Virus record (IMG/VR): IMGVR_UViG_3300042544_001590
Span: 62,001 to 126,000 of that record
Direction: 5' to 3' (one strand)
DNA length: 64,000 nt
The notes beneath the pieces are model-generated. The model searched no databases. It saw nothing but the letters and a program-made list of their open reading frames with translations, and was not told the DNA's origin. Of this stretch, positions 23,392 to 32,746 are shown piece by piece (within the stretch, counting starts at the first letter, position 1; the number at the start of each line of letters is the position of its first letter). The position numbers and the translations under genes are program-made.

Positions 23392-24977
23392 CCCTTCTGC
23401 GGTTTCTTCTTCTCATGCATCTGCGGCATTGCTTGGGCAACCGAATTGTGGACATTGATACCATTACTGTGGGCATCCTTGCGAACATCCTCATTGGCTT
23501 CCATGAGCTTCAACGGTAGATTGTTGAAGTGGTGGCTGTGAGGATACGTCACAATCAAGTCATCGGCGGCTCTGGCATACACTGGATAAAAGGCTCCCGC
23601 TATCTCACACTCCCCGATAAACAGGCTGCGATTCGTTGTTGTGGCGAACCTACCGGACACCAGTGTATTTTCCGTCTGCTGCACCTCCAGAGGGGCTGTA
23701 ACGCCCTGTAGGTATGTCTGACCCTCCACGGCAAGACCCCCTCCTACGATTAAGTTATTTTTAACTCCAAGGGATGATTCAACATAAACCTGTCTGTTCG
23801 TCCTAAGAACAATAGTTTTCATGGATTGTAATTCAATTGCATTTTCTGATCCAATGTGAACACCGTGGGAAGCATTTAGGTTTATTTTTTTAAATCCAGC
23901 TTTTAAAGTGGCTCCCCCCAATTCCGTGGCTCCCGTAGTCTTCAGAGAAATGCCACCTGAACCCACGATACGATTGTAGGAATTACCCACGATCTTGGTG
24001 TCCTGACCACATGGGAAATTGGAAGAATTATCTATTTCCTCCACATGAGGAATATAATCGTGGTTCTTATATACACCAGTATCCCCAACAAGCATTTCAA
24101 AGGGTTGGCTTCTACCTTTTTCATCAATGCGAACGGAAGGATAATCATTGAAAACTGCACCCACCGTCTCAACCTTATTTCGTTTGACGATGATATGTTC
24201 ATCCCCCCCATCCCCCATCTTTTCCTCAATTGGGGTGAGTTCTTCCTGAATTGCCAAGACCTTATCGGCAATATTCTGTGCTTCCTCTTCCGGTTCCCAT
24301 TCCCCGTTTTCCGTAGCTGCCGATTTCTTCGCACCAAATTCCAGAACACCGGGAGCTTTTGATCCTTGTTGACCAGCACTCTTGGAAATATCCTCTTCCT
24401 TTACATCTTTATTGCTTGCTGGTTTGGTCTTGCCATGATCGGGAACGGGGGAATAATCGGTTACTTCATCAATGGATGATAACCTTCGGGGTAATTTTTT
24501 ATAACCACTGAACTTATTCTCCACCACATAGACCTTGGAACCGATTACTGGATTGTCTGCACGTTCTCCCTCCAAATCGGTATTGACACCGTTCGGTCCA
24601 GATACTCCCCCACGCTTGATCTTGAATTTGGAATTGACCAGTGCCACAGATTTGAAGGTGTCTTTCCATTGTTGGAATGCTTCCAACTCATCATCCTTTA
24701 AAAATCCCTTGAAATCGTAGCGTGTATTACCAACACGATTGGTTTGAACACCTTTGACGAATTTATTATCATCATTGAGAACCGTTTCAAAATTATCATT
24801 GATGACATGGGTTTGCTTATTGTTAGTAGCAAGCTCCGAATTAACCAGATTGTTCATCAGAACATTACTACCCGATCTTTGAGAAAGCTGAACACTTTCG
24901 TTATCGGTTGAATTTGTGATCACCAAAGAGCCACCCCTTTGATTAAACACCGTTCTATTTCTATAAATCTTGCTCAT
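23388..24977 (-). CDS. gp5: baseplate spike, gp5 C-terminal (beta-helix-like) part
   Basis: Follows the gp5 OB-fold ORF with a TAATG overlap; beta-rich repeats; C-terminal HSHH. Confidence 0.65.
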   Translation of the reverse strand: MSKIYRNRTVFNQRGGSLVITNSTDNESVQLSQRSGSNVLMNNLVNSELATNNKQTHVINDNFETVLNDDNKFVKGVQTNRVGNTRYDFKGFLKDDELEAFQQWKDTFKSVALVNSKFKIKRGGVSGPNGVNTDLEGERADNPVIGSKVYVVENKFSGYKKLPRRLSSIDEVTDYSPVPDHGKTKPASNKDVKEEDISKSAGQQGSKAPGVLEFGAKKSAATENGEWEPEEEAQNIADKVLAIQEELTPIEEKMGDGGDEHIIVKRNKVETVGAVFNDYPSVRIDEKGRSQPFEMLVGDTGVYKNHDYIPHVEEIDNSSNFPCGQDTKIVGNSYNRIVGSGGISLKTTGATELGGATLKAGFKKINLNASHGVHIGSENAIELQSMKTIVLRTNRQVYVESSLGVKNNLIVGGGLAVEGQTYLQGVTAPLEVQQTENTLVSGRFATTTNRSLFIGECEIAGAFYPVYARAADDLIVTYPHSHHFNNLPLKLMEANEDVRKDAHSNGINVHNSVAQAMPQMHEKKKPQKG

Positions 24978-25702
24978 TAGTTTTCAAAATCGTTTGGATA
25001 ATAAGGGGAAATCTTGTTATCATTGTCGGTTCTATTTATCAGTGTCAGTCCACGGAAATCCTGTGACACGCCAAAGTAAATGGGAAAGTTCAAATCTCCC
25101 AGATAATGGAACACCCAAACCTTGGAACCCACTTCGGGAATACCAAACATTCCTTTAGATTTGTTGGTGAAATTATTTGATTTATATCCAAACGCATAGG
25201 GATTGCATTTCACACTAAAAACATCCAGAGGAGTTGCAAACGCATCAGATACCATAGTATCCCTGTTTTCATATAAAAATGAGGGGGAGAACGATCCTCC
25301 GCTCAGAGTGGGGACTTCCGTATTATTATTTTCATATGTTTCCGAATAGTTACTGTCCGTTATAACAGCCAAACCATCCCCATCTTGTTTGAAGTATCGT
25401 CCATTACCAGATTCACCCATGAGGGGATAACATGGTTCTGCCCATGGGATATGTGTTGAAATCTCTTCGTAAATCTTGATATCAACCCAAGTATCATCGG
25501 GGTTGTTGAGTCCGGGTCTTTGGACGTTCATCTCCTCATATTTCTCAAACCACTCGTCAAAGGGTTGGTTCGACAATTCGGGAATGAATATCTTAACCCG
25601 ATTCATTTTCAGGGGATCATTGTTCTTGACCACGATCCCACGGTAGAACGATTCGTCGTTCCTTCTCGCTTCATTACCCAATCCCGATCCGCGAATAAAC
25701 AC
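24977..25702 (-). CDS. gp5: baseplate hub gp5 N-terminal OB-fold part
   Basis: YRGIVVKNNDPLKMNRVKI, IPWAEP, IPEVGSKVWVF..GDLNFPIYFG. Confidence 0.8.
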   Translation of the reverse strand: MFIRGSGLGNEARRNDESFYRGIVVKNNDPLKMNRVKIFIPELSNQPFDEWFEKYEEMNVQRPGLNNPDDTWVDIKIYEEISTHIPWAEPCYPLMGESGNGRYFKQDGDGLAVITDSNYSETYENNNTEVPTLSGGSFSPSFLYENRDTMVSDAFATPLDVFSVKCNPYAFGYKSNNFTNKSKGMFGIPEVGSKVWVFHYLGDLNFPIYFGVSQDFRGLTLINRTDNDNKISPYYPNDFEN

Positions 25703-25723
25703 AACAATACTTAATAAGGTATC

Positions 25724-26866
25724 TTACATGACCAACATCAAAGGAGGGTCCATCGTGCCGTATCCACCTTCAACAAGGAAATTTTCAAGTTCTTTCTTCT
25801 CTTCCAAACCTTCTGAAAGAACGTTGGAACCATCAATGACCCCCCCTCCGGGTAGGGGGGTGTTGGATATCTTAGTGAGTATCCGACCCCACATAATCTT
25901 TGACATGGCCGTAGCGTATTCCAAAATCCATTTTTCCTTCACTAAATCCCTCAATGGTCTTTCCACATAACATGTGAGCAACCCATAGAATTGGGTATTC
26001 TTCGGCTGGGGAATCAAACGGAGATATTGTGTTCTTGCATCAAAATAGATGTCCCGACGAGTGGCAAACATTTTTTCGCGGGTATCAATCCAATCCTTGA
26101 CGGTGTGCCAAGACAGGATATCAAATCCATAGTTACCCAGCGAATAAGCATGATAACTTTGTTGTGCCATGGTTTGTTCAACGGAGAACAGTGTGTTTAC
26201 GCCCGTAGTAGAACCTTCCTCAAAGGCGATAACATCAACTACTTTACGGTAATCCATGACATCATAATCAAACATATTATTAAATGTGTTCACATCATCC
26301 TGTTGTTCACACTGTATTGTGAACGGTTTTTGGTAAGACTGTTGGAACAACACACCCAAACCAGCATCAAATTCCACGATAAGATCATACGTGGTTTGAT
26401 CAATGATCTGCATGGAAGTAATACCATCGGAAGGAACAGCACCACTCAATGCTGACGAAGCGGTGAAATATGCACTTGGAATCGTTGAAAGGGAAACATA
26501 CAAAGGTGTGGGAAGCGTAACTTCGTAATCCGGTTGTGGTCCTGTTCTTTTATCATTAAGCTTTTCAGATGGGGTGTAACCGGAATTTGCTACCGTAAAA
26601 AGGTGATCTAACCGCAAGCCTTTGTTACCCTCATATAATCGGCTGTCAAACAGAAGATATTCCTTAGTGTAACCACTATATACTGTATAGAAGTCAACCG
26701 CCATTGATATAGCTTCATACAACTGATCATAATGCAATTCCACATTAATCATAGGATGTCCCAAAGTTCTAAGGATACGTTCTCCAAGTCTTTGGTAGCA
26801 TTCTATTTTAGAATTCAGATTCGTTGACATGAATGCTGAAATCGGTTCCACTTGACATAAACTCAT
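25724..26866 (-). CDS. gp13: neck protein gp13-like
   Basis: LGHPMINVEL..DQLYEAI, WILEYATAMSK.MWG.IL.K, LPGGGVIDG. Confidence 0.85.
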   Translation of the reverse strand: MSLCQVEPISAFMSTNLNSKIECYQRLGERILRTLGHPMINVELHYDQLYEAISMAVDFYTVYSGYTKEYLLFDSRLYEGNKGLRLDHLFTVANSGYTPSEKLNDKRTGPQPDYEVTLPTPLYVSLSTIPSAYFTASSALSGAVPSDGITSMQIIDQTTYDLIVEFDAGLGVLFQQSYQKPFTIQCEQQDDVNTFNNMFDYDVMDYRKVVDVIAFEEGSTTGVNTLFSVEQTMAQQSYHAYSLGNYGFDILSWHTVKDWIDTREKMFATRRDIYFDARTQYLRLIPQPKNTQFYGLLTCYVERPLRDLVKEKWILEYATAMSKIMWGRILTKISNTPLPGGGVIDGSNVLSEGLEEKKELENFLVEGGYGTMDPPLMLVM

Positions 26867-26886
26867 AGTAGTATTTAATCAACCAT

Positions 26887-28572
26887 ATGAAATCAACGAA
26901 AAAATTAACATTGGAGGTCTTTATCCAAAGATCAAACGAAGCGCATAATAATTTTTATGACTATTCTAAATCAGAATATAAAAACGCAAATACTAAATTA
27001 ACCATAACTTGCCCAACCCATGGAGAATTCATACAGAAACCAGCGGATCACATGCGAGGATGTGGGTGTGTGTTATGTGGGAATTATAAAAACACGAGAT
27101 TGAAACCTTTTGAGCAATTCCTAGAAGAAGCTAATAAAAAACATGATAATTTTTATGATTATAGTAAAAGCATTTATATAAATTCCACCACTAAGATTAA
27201 CATAATTTGTCCTATTCATGGGGATTTCACACAAATTCCAAATTCTCATATTTCGGGTCAGGGATGTCCTAAATGTGGTCATTATAAAAATACAAATAAA
27301 AAGAACACCGAAGACTTTATTAAACGCTCTACGATTATACACAACAATAAATACGATTATTCAAAAGTTGAATATGATGGTAATAAGAAAAAGGTTATTA
27401 TAATATGCCCAACCCATGGAGAATTCATCCAAATTCCAAATGCACATTTACGGGGGGCTGGATGTTGGAACTGTAGTGTTGATTATAGAATGAACGAAAA
27501 AAGATCAAACAGTAAAGATTTTATAGAAAAAGCCAACATAGCCCATCAAAACAAATATGATTATTCATTAGTTAATTATTATAATAATTATCAAAAAATT
27601 CCCATAAAATGTCCTAAGCATGGGATATTCAATCAAAATCCGGGAAACCATTTACAAGGTGCTGGGTGTCCAAAATGCTCTTCAATTGAAAGTAAGTCTG
27701 AAACAAAAATAAAATCTATATTAGAGGAAACGGGAATCGATTTTATACAACAAGATAGAACTTTAATCAACCCATTTGAGATAGATTTCGTAATTCCTGA
27801 TTATAAAATTGGAATTGAGTTTAACGGTATTTACTATCATTCGGAAGATAATGGAGGTAAAAATAAAAAATACCATCTGAATAAAACAGATCGGTGTGAA
27901 AAAGAGGGATATCAATTAATCCATATTTTCGAAAATGAATACATACAAAAATATAATTTGTTGAGATTTAAAATAAAATCACTATTAAATAAAAATAAAT
28001 ATCGCATATTTGCTAGGAAGTGTATTGTCCGAGAAATAACACCTCAAGAGAAATGCAGATTTAATAAAAAATATCACATACAAGGGGATTCCCAATCATG
28101 TGTTAATTTGGGGTTGTTTTATAAAGAGAGGTTGGTTCAAGTTATGACTTTTTCTAAAAGAAGAAAAGCATTAGGTTCTAAACACGTTAAAGGTGAATAT
28201 GAACTTTCCAGAATGTCTTCTATGAAAGGATTTACCATTGTGGGTGGCGCATCCAAGCTATTAAAACATTTTGAGAAACATTATAATCCTAAGAAGTTAA
28301 TCTCTTATGCTGATAGAAGGTGGAGTAAAGGAGATGTGTATTATAAAATGGGGTTTTCATTTATTAGAAACACCCCACCAAATTATTGGTATTTTTATAA
28401 AAAACGCGCTGATAAGCCATTACACCACCGATACAAATTCGCTAAACATACTCTTGAAAAACAATTGGAAATATTTGACCCAAATTTAACAGAGTGGGAA
28501 AACATGAAAAACAATCATTATGATCGTATCTGGGACTCTGGTAATATGCTATTTGAAAAGGTGTATGATTAA
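26887..28572 (+). CDS. Hef-like free-standing homing endonuclease
   Basis: Four YDYSK...ICP.HG.F.Q.P..H..G.GC repeats, EIDFVIP...GIEFNG.YYH nuclease motif, C-terminal GGASKL..ISYADRRWS; antisense to the structural genes. Confidence 0.82.
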   Translation: MKSTKKLTLEVFIQRSNEAHNNFYDYSKSEYKNANTKLTITCPTHGEFIQKPADHMRGCGCVLCGNYKNTRLKPFEQFLEEANKKHDNFYDYSKSIYINSTTKINIICPIHGDFTQIPNSHISGQGCPKCGHYKNTNKKNTEDFIKRSTIIHNNKYDYSKVEYDGNKKKVIIICPTHGEFIQIPNAHLRGAGCWNCSVDYRMNEKRSNSKDFIEKANIAHQNKYDYSLVNYYNNYQKIPIKCPKHGIFNQNPGNHLQGAGCPKCSSIESKSETKIKSILEETGIDFIQQDRTLINPFEIDFVIPDYKIGIEFNGIYYHSEDNGGKNKKYHLNKTDRCEKEGYQLIHIFENEYIQKYNLLRFKIKSLLNKNKYRIFARKCIVREITPQEKCRFNKKYHIQGDSQSCVNLGLFYKERLVQVMTFSKRRKALGSKHVKGEYELSRMSSMKGFTIVGGASKLLKHFEKHYNPKKLISYADRRWSKGDVYYKMGFSFIRNTPPNYWYFYKKRADKPLHHRYKFAKHTLEKQLEIFDPNLTEWENMKNNHYDRIWDSGNMLFEKVYD

Positions 28573-28706
28573 TGTAACTCCACATTAATCATAGGATGTC
28601 CCAAGGTTCTTAAAATCCGCTCCCCCAAACGCTGGTAGCACTCAATCTTGGAATTGAGATTGGTGGACATGAAAGCGGAAATTGGTTCAACTTGGCAGAG
28701 ACTCAT
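28569..28706 (-). pseudogene. truncated duplicate of gp13 codons 1-45
   Basis: Translates to MSLCQVEPISAFMSTNLNSKIECYQRLGERILRTLGHPMINVELH*, identical to the gp13 N-terminus; has its own TAAATA-N5-ATG. Confidence 0.93.
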
Positions 28707-28737
28707 AGAATTATTTAACAAGATGCTAAATAATAAT

Positions 28738-29052
28738 ATGGAATCCAATAACGGCTCAACTTTTTATAATCCAAACACTTCTCGAAATTTCGTAACAACC
28801 ATTAATACTGGATTGTCCGGATTTCAGTCTTTTACTTGCTCTGAAGTATTGGTAATTAATAGAACTGGACAGGATGTTTATCTATATGATAGTGGTGACA
28901 CTGGGGATACAAACAGACTTCTAATTTTAGATGATGAGTCAATCGTAATCAGGGGAGTTAGCAATAGTTCCTCTTTAAGTGCTAAAACCGCTACTGGCAG
29001 TGGTGATTTATATTATCGCGCATCCAAATTCAGCAATTACAATCAAGGATAA
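28738..29052 (+). CDS. putative virion structural protein
   Basis: TAAATA-N5-ATG supports a start at 28738 (MESNNG); S/T/N-rich. Confidence 0.7.
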   Translation: MESNNGSTFYNPNTSRNFVTTINTGLSGFQSFTCSEVLVINRTGQDVYLYDSGDTGDTNRLLILDDESIVIRGVSNSSSLSAKTATGSGDLYYRASKFSNYNQG

Positions 29053-29888
29053 TGGCAGGGATACCGTCAATAGCAAATATTAATAGATTTATTGAATCTG
29101 GGCTTGGACGTTCTTTAGACCCAGACGCTAAAGGATACATTAATTCAGTTGTCGCTGCTGGTGGGACGGTTAGTGGGACGCAGAGGGCAGCAATCAACAC
29201 ATTCTACAAGACAGGAAAAGCCGATGGCTGGTATTCCTCTCTGAAACGCGTGTATCTGCCAATCTGGGGAGTTGCTGCACCCAACGCCATCGACATGATT
29301 GCGAGGGGAAGCGGCACGTTCACGGGCACTGTGACGCACGGAGCGGGATATGTTCAAAGCAACGGGACGACCGGGTATTTCCGCACAGGAACCGCGTTTT
29401 CAACAGAAGGGCTAAGCGCGGCTGATGGATACATCTTCGGGCTTCACTACACCGCGAACACCACGAATCCAGCGGTGTGCATCGGGTCGGGAAACACGAA
29501 CACCTGCTACTACTTCATGACGACCACAACCGCCACGGCGCGTTGGTGCAACTCTGCATCCGGCTCAAGCATCGCCACCACGCGGACAGGAATCTTTTCA
29601 TTCTCCCGCAAGTCAGGCGTGCGGACATTTTGGAGACGCGCAACAAGCGGCAGGACGGTGCTTGTAACATCTACCGACGCAGACGCCGGAACCATTTCCG
29701 CAAGCCCTGTTTTAGCAATGGCGAACAATGGAACCGACGTCGCCGCGACCTTTAACCCGCAGTTTTACGACGACGGGCAAAAGGGTGCTTATGGCTTTGG
29801 CCTTGGCCTAACAAACGCTCAGGACTTATCTTTCACGGCATCACTTAAAACACTTTGGGAAACCTGCACCGGACTTACACTACCATGA
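29052..29888 (+). CDS. putative fibre / receptor-binding protein
   Basis: G/T/A-rich beta-type sequence; GC-rich relative to flanks. Confidence 0.6.
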   Translation: MAGIPSIANINRFIESGLGRSLDPDAKGYINSVVAAGGTVSGTQRAAINTFYKTGKADGWYSSLKRVYLPIWGVAAPNAIDMIARGSGTFTGTVTHGAGYVQSNGTTGYFRTGTAFSTEGLSAADGYIFGLHYTANTTNPAVCIGSGNTNTCYYFMTTTTATARWCNSASGSSIATTRTGIFSFSRKSGVRTFWRRATSGRTVLVTSTDADAGTISASPVLAMANNGTDVAATFNPQFYDDGQKGAYGFGLGLTNAQDLSFTASLKTLWETCTGLTLP

Positions 29889-30196
29889 TCGGATTCGTAG
29901 TCACTCCAGAACAAGCACAGACGGTCAACGCCGCTATCGCAGAAGCGCAGACAATCCGTGGTATGCCCGTGTTTTGGTTGGCTGGGAGCAACCCGATCTA
30001 CACTGGAGAACACGCGGGAGAATGCTTTATTCCATGCGACGACGAAACGCTCTCCACACCCCTTATCGGACACCCTCCGCAGACCCCGCAGGACTTCCCT
30101 GAGTTCGCCACGATCATTGAATCAATGGGTGGGCTAGATGCTCGCATTGATATTCCCAATGAAGAATTGGTTTCCCCGATTTCAATTGATGAGTAA
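29885..30196 (+). CDS. hypothetical protein (possible fibre-associated)
   Basis: ATGA overlap with the upstream stop supports a start at 29885. Confidence 0.65.
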   Translation: MIGFVVTPEQAQTVNAAIAEAQTIRGMPVFWLAGSNPIYTGEHAGECFIPCDDETLSTPLIGHPPQTPQDFPEFATIIESMGGLDARIDIPNEELVSPISIDE

Positions 30197-30226
30197 TATT
30201 TTGTAATTCATAGATTAAATAATATT

Positions 30227-30901
30227 ATGGATTTTTACGATTTTGTTCAACAACACGCCAATTTTATAAAAATTATTCTAGGGGCGATTGGTGCCATTAT
30301 ATTGACTTGGAAACAACTCAGGACTTTTATTGTCAAAAAATATAAGGAACGTCAGGAATATATTAAATCTCGGAATTCCATACCAGAATCTTTAAAAAAT
30401 ATTCAAGGAACTGTGTCAAATATTGATGATCGTTTAAAAAATGTGGAATATGAAATATCCCCGAATGGTGGGGGTTCCATGCGGGATTCTGTGAAAATAA
30501 TCAAAGCTGAAATAGAGGCTATGTTTTGGCTCAATCCCAAACCATCGTTTAGAGTTACCTCCAAAGGTCTTAATATTATGGTGAATGAAGCATATTGTAA
30601 TCTGTGTGCAACATCATCAGAAGAATTGCTTAGATTAAATTGGAAAAATTTCGTGGAAGACGAACATCAACTTGATGATTACATGCGTAGATGGGAGGAT
30701 TCAACCGATGTATTTTCACAGTTTTCTGGTAAATTAAAATTTAAAAACTCCAAAGGCGAATATATGGGCGAGTGGATTGTGAAAGTCCGTCCTTTGGGGG
30801 CAATCGATTCGGGAAACGATTTCCTGTGGCATGGGACAATTTACCCCTTTGATCAGAAATCAAAGGAATATGCCAAGACTTATGGTATTCCTTTGAGTTA
30901 A
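30227..30901 (+). CDS. membrane-anchored coiled-coil plus PAS-like domain protein
   Basis: N-terminal TM helix, NGGGSMRD linker, FRVTSKGLNIMVNEAYCNL...EELLRLNWKNFV PAS-like pattern; late promoter. Confidence 0.62.
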   Translation: MDFYDFVQQHANFIKIILGAIGAIILTWKQLRTFIVKKYKERQEYIKSRNSIPESLKNIQGTVSNIDDRLKNVEYEISPNGGGSMRDSVKIIKAEIEAMFWLNPKPSFRVTSKGLNIMVNEAYCNLCATSSEELLRLNWKNFVEDEHQLDDYMRRWEDSTDVFSQFSGKLKFKNSKGEYMGEWIVKVRPLGAIDSGNDFLWHGTIYPFDQKSKEYAKTYGIPLS

Positions 30902-32706
30902 ACCTCCGCTGGTGGTGCTTCAGGAACATCCGCTGGTGGTTCTTCCCCTCCTAGATCAGCTTCTTCCCCATCACCTATTGCTGCTGGTCCGCCGCCGAAG
31001 TCTGGAACGCCGCCACCACCGCCTCCACCACCCATATCAGGCATACCACCTTCGCCACCACCTTCAGCTTGTTGAGCTAAAAGATTGCGCCACTCGGGAC
31101 CCGATGACCTGATTTGCTCGATTTCAAACATGTGTTCCGCTTCCACCTTCTTAAAGTGTAGGTTGGCAAGGATATCGGAATCTTTCCAATCCAGATATTT
31201 CTTCATAGCATAGATTGTGGATACCATTTCATTACCCGTGATATTATTGAAAGTCTCGATCTTGAGATTGAGCTTCTGGCTCTCCCGCATATCATAGAAA
31301 TTGGTGGGAACATTGAATTCCACGCGGATATTGTCATCGAACAAATCCCAATCATCGAACATGTCCTTGAACTTGAGGTGTGTGATAAACGCTCTCTTGA
31401 TACCTTGGGCAAAGCGTTGTTGTTGACGAATGATCATCTTGGCAAACTTCAGTTCTTCCCGAAGCATCTCCGTTCCATCATTATAACCCGTTTCATTATT
31501 CAAACGAGAAGTTGGAGTCTTGAGAGAACGATACAATTTCTTGATGAACCAATCCAGAGCATCCAAATTACCATCCGACATTTGACCACCAAATGTCTCA
31601 ACAGTAGTTGCTTCTTGTCCCTGTCTCTTGGCAAACCAGAACGAATCCAAGGTGGATTGCGGGGCGTATTTCTTGACGATATCCCCTTGGTCGATGTCAA
31701 AGGTCTTGGTTGACCAGTATTGGCTCTGTAGCTTGCGTAGGTAGGCTTCCGCTTGAGGAACGGGCAATCTCCCCACATCCACGTTAAAGAGGAAGCGGAG
31801 GGGCGCGTGAACCATCCTGTGGATCACCACGGAATCCTCAATCATGGAAAGCTGTCTATAAGCTCTGCGGCAATTCTCAATGAAAGGAATAATAAAATCT
31901 TTGGTTTCATTGTATTGCCCACTGTTCACATAAAGGACTTGGTTCTGTTCAAAGGGAATGTATTCGTAGCGTTCCACTTTTTTGTTATCAACGCTGGAAA
32001 AGATCGGCTTCTTGTAAATGAACGCTTTCACCAACATCGTCTGGATGTTGTCATATACGGGATCAAATTGTTCGGCAGGAAGATTCTTGATAGCCACAAC
32101 CCCTTGTTTAATATAATCATCTTTTAGAATCAATTCAAAGAACAGTTCCCCTTCAATGAGAAATTGTCTAAAATAATTCCACCCATTGTCTTCCAGTTCC
32201 ATCATGGCAACGAAACGGGAGAATTCCTTCTCAATCTCTTCTTTCTTTTCTGATTCCAGATCGGTGTTGCGGATTGTGAGGGTTACAATCTCCCCATTCT
32301 CATCCACATTGATCGTCTCATCACAAATCTCATCCATGGCATCTGCCACTTCGGAGTAAGCGGCAATCATGCGGTAATCCCGCAAACGTCCGGGTTTCTC
32401 CTCCGAAGCTTGGGAATACATCAAATCCGTAAAGGACTTGTCTTGATAGATGGCGGAAAATGCCGTGTTGTTCCAGTCGTTATTAAGAGCTACGGAATTA
32501 CGAGCAATCGCTTCCGGTCTGCGTAAACCAATCTTCTGGAAATATTTATATTTTGTATTCTTCGCTTCGTCAGGAGTCTTCTCAATGAAATTCCCACGAT
32601 TCTTCAGATAGGACTGCATGTTCCTATCAAAAGTGGAACCTTTACCGTCATTACTAACGTAGGATTTATTTGAAGATTGTGTAGAAGAACTGTCGGAACC
32701 CGCCAT
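30898..32706 (-). CDS. gp20: portal protein gp20
   Basis: EVADAMDEICDE, QLSMIEDSVVIHRMVHAP.R, DSFWFAKRQG, EELKFAKMI.RQQQRF; Gly-rich acidic tail. Confidence 0.93.
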   Translation of the reverse strand: MAGSDSSSTQSSNKSYVSNDGKGSTFDRNMQSYLKNRGNFIEKTPDEAKNTKYKYFQKIGLRRPEAIARNSVALNNDWNNTAFSAIYQDKSFTDLMYSQASEEKPGRLRDYRMIAAYSEVADAMDEICDETINVDENGEIVTLTIRNTDLESEKKEEIEKEFSRFVAMMELEDNGWNYFRQFLIEGELFFELILKDDYIKQGVVAIKNLPAEQFDPVYDNIQTMLVKAFIYKKPIFSSVDNKKVERYEYIPFEQNQVLYVNSGQYNETKDFIIPFIENCRRAYRQLSMIEDSVVIHRMVHAPLRFLFNVDVGRLPVPQAEAYLRKLQSQYWSTKTFDIDQGDIVKKYAPQSTLDSFWFAKRQGQEATTVETFGGQMSDGNLDALDWFIKKLYRSLKTPTSRLNNETGYNDGTEMLREELKFAKMIIRQQQRFAQGIKRAFITHLKFKDMFDDWDLFDDNIRVEFNVPTNFYDMRESQKLNLKIETFNNITGNEMVSTIYAMKKYLDWKDSDILANLHFKKVEAEHMFEIEQIRSSGPEWRNLLAQQAEGGGEGGMPDMGGGGGGGGVPDFGGGPAAIGDGEEADLGGEEPPADVPEAPPAEV

Positions 32707-32746
32707 ACTTATTATTTAGGGTGAATCTTCAATTATTCAATGAAAT

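Noticed and set aside
26867-28571. Group I intron in gp13
   Set aside because: The insert's ORF is antisense to gp13, no group I core elements were recognisable, and the downstream gene already has its own promoter and complete 5' end
30900-31080. GC-rich low-complexity stretch at the portal 3' end
   Set aside because: Encodes a Gly/Pro/Glu-rich disordered tail, common in gp20 homologues
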